DNA from: Macrostomum lignano
Lineage: Eukaryota
Direction of reading: 5' to 3'
Assembly (NCBI GenBank): GCA_002269645.1
Contig: NIVC01004306.1
Span: 1 to 51,093 of the forward strand
Length of the DNA stretch: 51,093 nucleotides
Part shown: positions 51,028 to 51,093 of the stretch, in pieces
Position numbering within the stretch: position 1 is the first letter of the stretch
How the letters are laid out: each line of letters starts with the position of its first letter
Notes under the pieces: generated by a model
Database searches by the model: none
Told to the model about the DNA's origin: nothing
What the model saw: only the letters and a program-made list of their open reading frames with translations
Made by a program: the position numbers and the translations under genes

Positions 51028-51093
51028 TTGTAATGCTTATTAAATGATGCAGCAGGAAGATGTGGCAAAAAGGTGGAGAGCATTCATCAAATA

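Overview
Eukaryotic (animal) genomic DNA with GC-rich exons and AT-rich introns, most of which carry their own minisatellite. This organisation resembles free-living flatworms such as Macrostomum (inference only). Main content: (1) a ~26 kb, ~28-exon + strand TRPM2-like channel gene (MHR1-4, S1-S6, TRP helix, C-terminal NUDT9-H) that I could splice in frame to ~1,774 aa, with a degenerate Nudix box, a divergent MHR1/2 ligand pocket and an unusual FGN filter; (2) a convergent inverted duplication of a two-exon gene for a secreted prepropeptide (signal peptide, acidic pro-region, KR site, 53-aa six-cysteine mature peptide) that I cannot assign to a known family; (3) a two-exon aldose 1-epimerase (GALM) on the - strand with a 1-nt frameshift; (4) tRNA-Leu(CAG), a Gypsy 3' remnant with its LTR, an RNase H-containing LINE remnant with a nested insertion, a tRNA-derived SINE, three copies of a MITE-like element, and about 27 tandem or low-complexity arrays. 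Most long ORFs in the supplied track are artefacts of the tandem repeats. All coordinates were counted by hand, and repeat boundaries are approximate.
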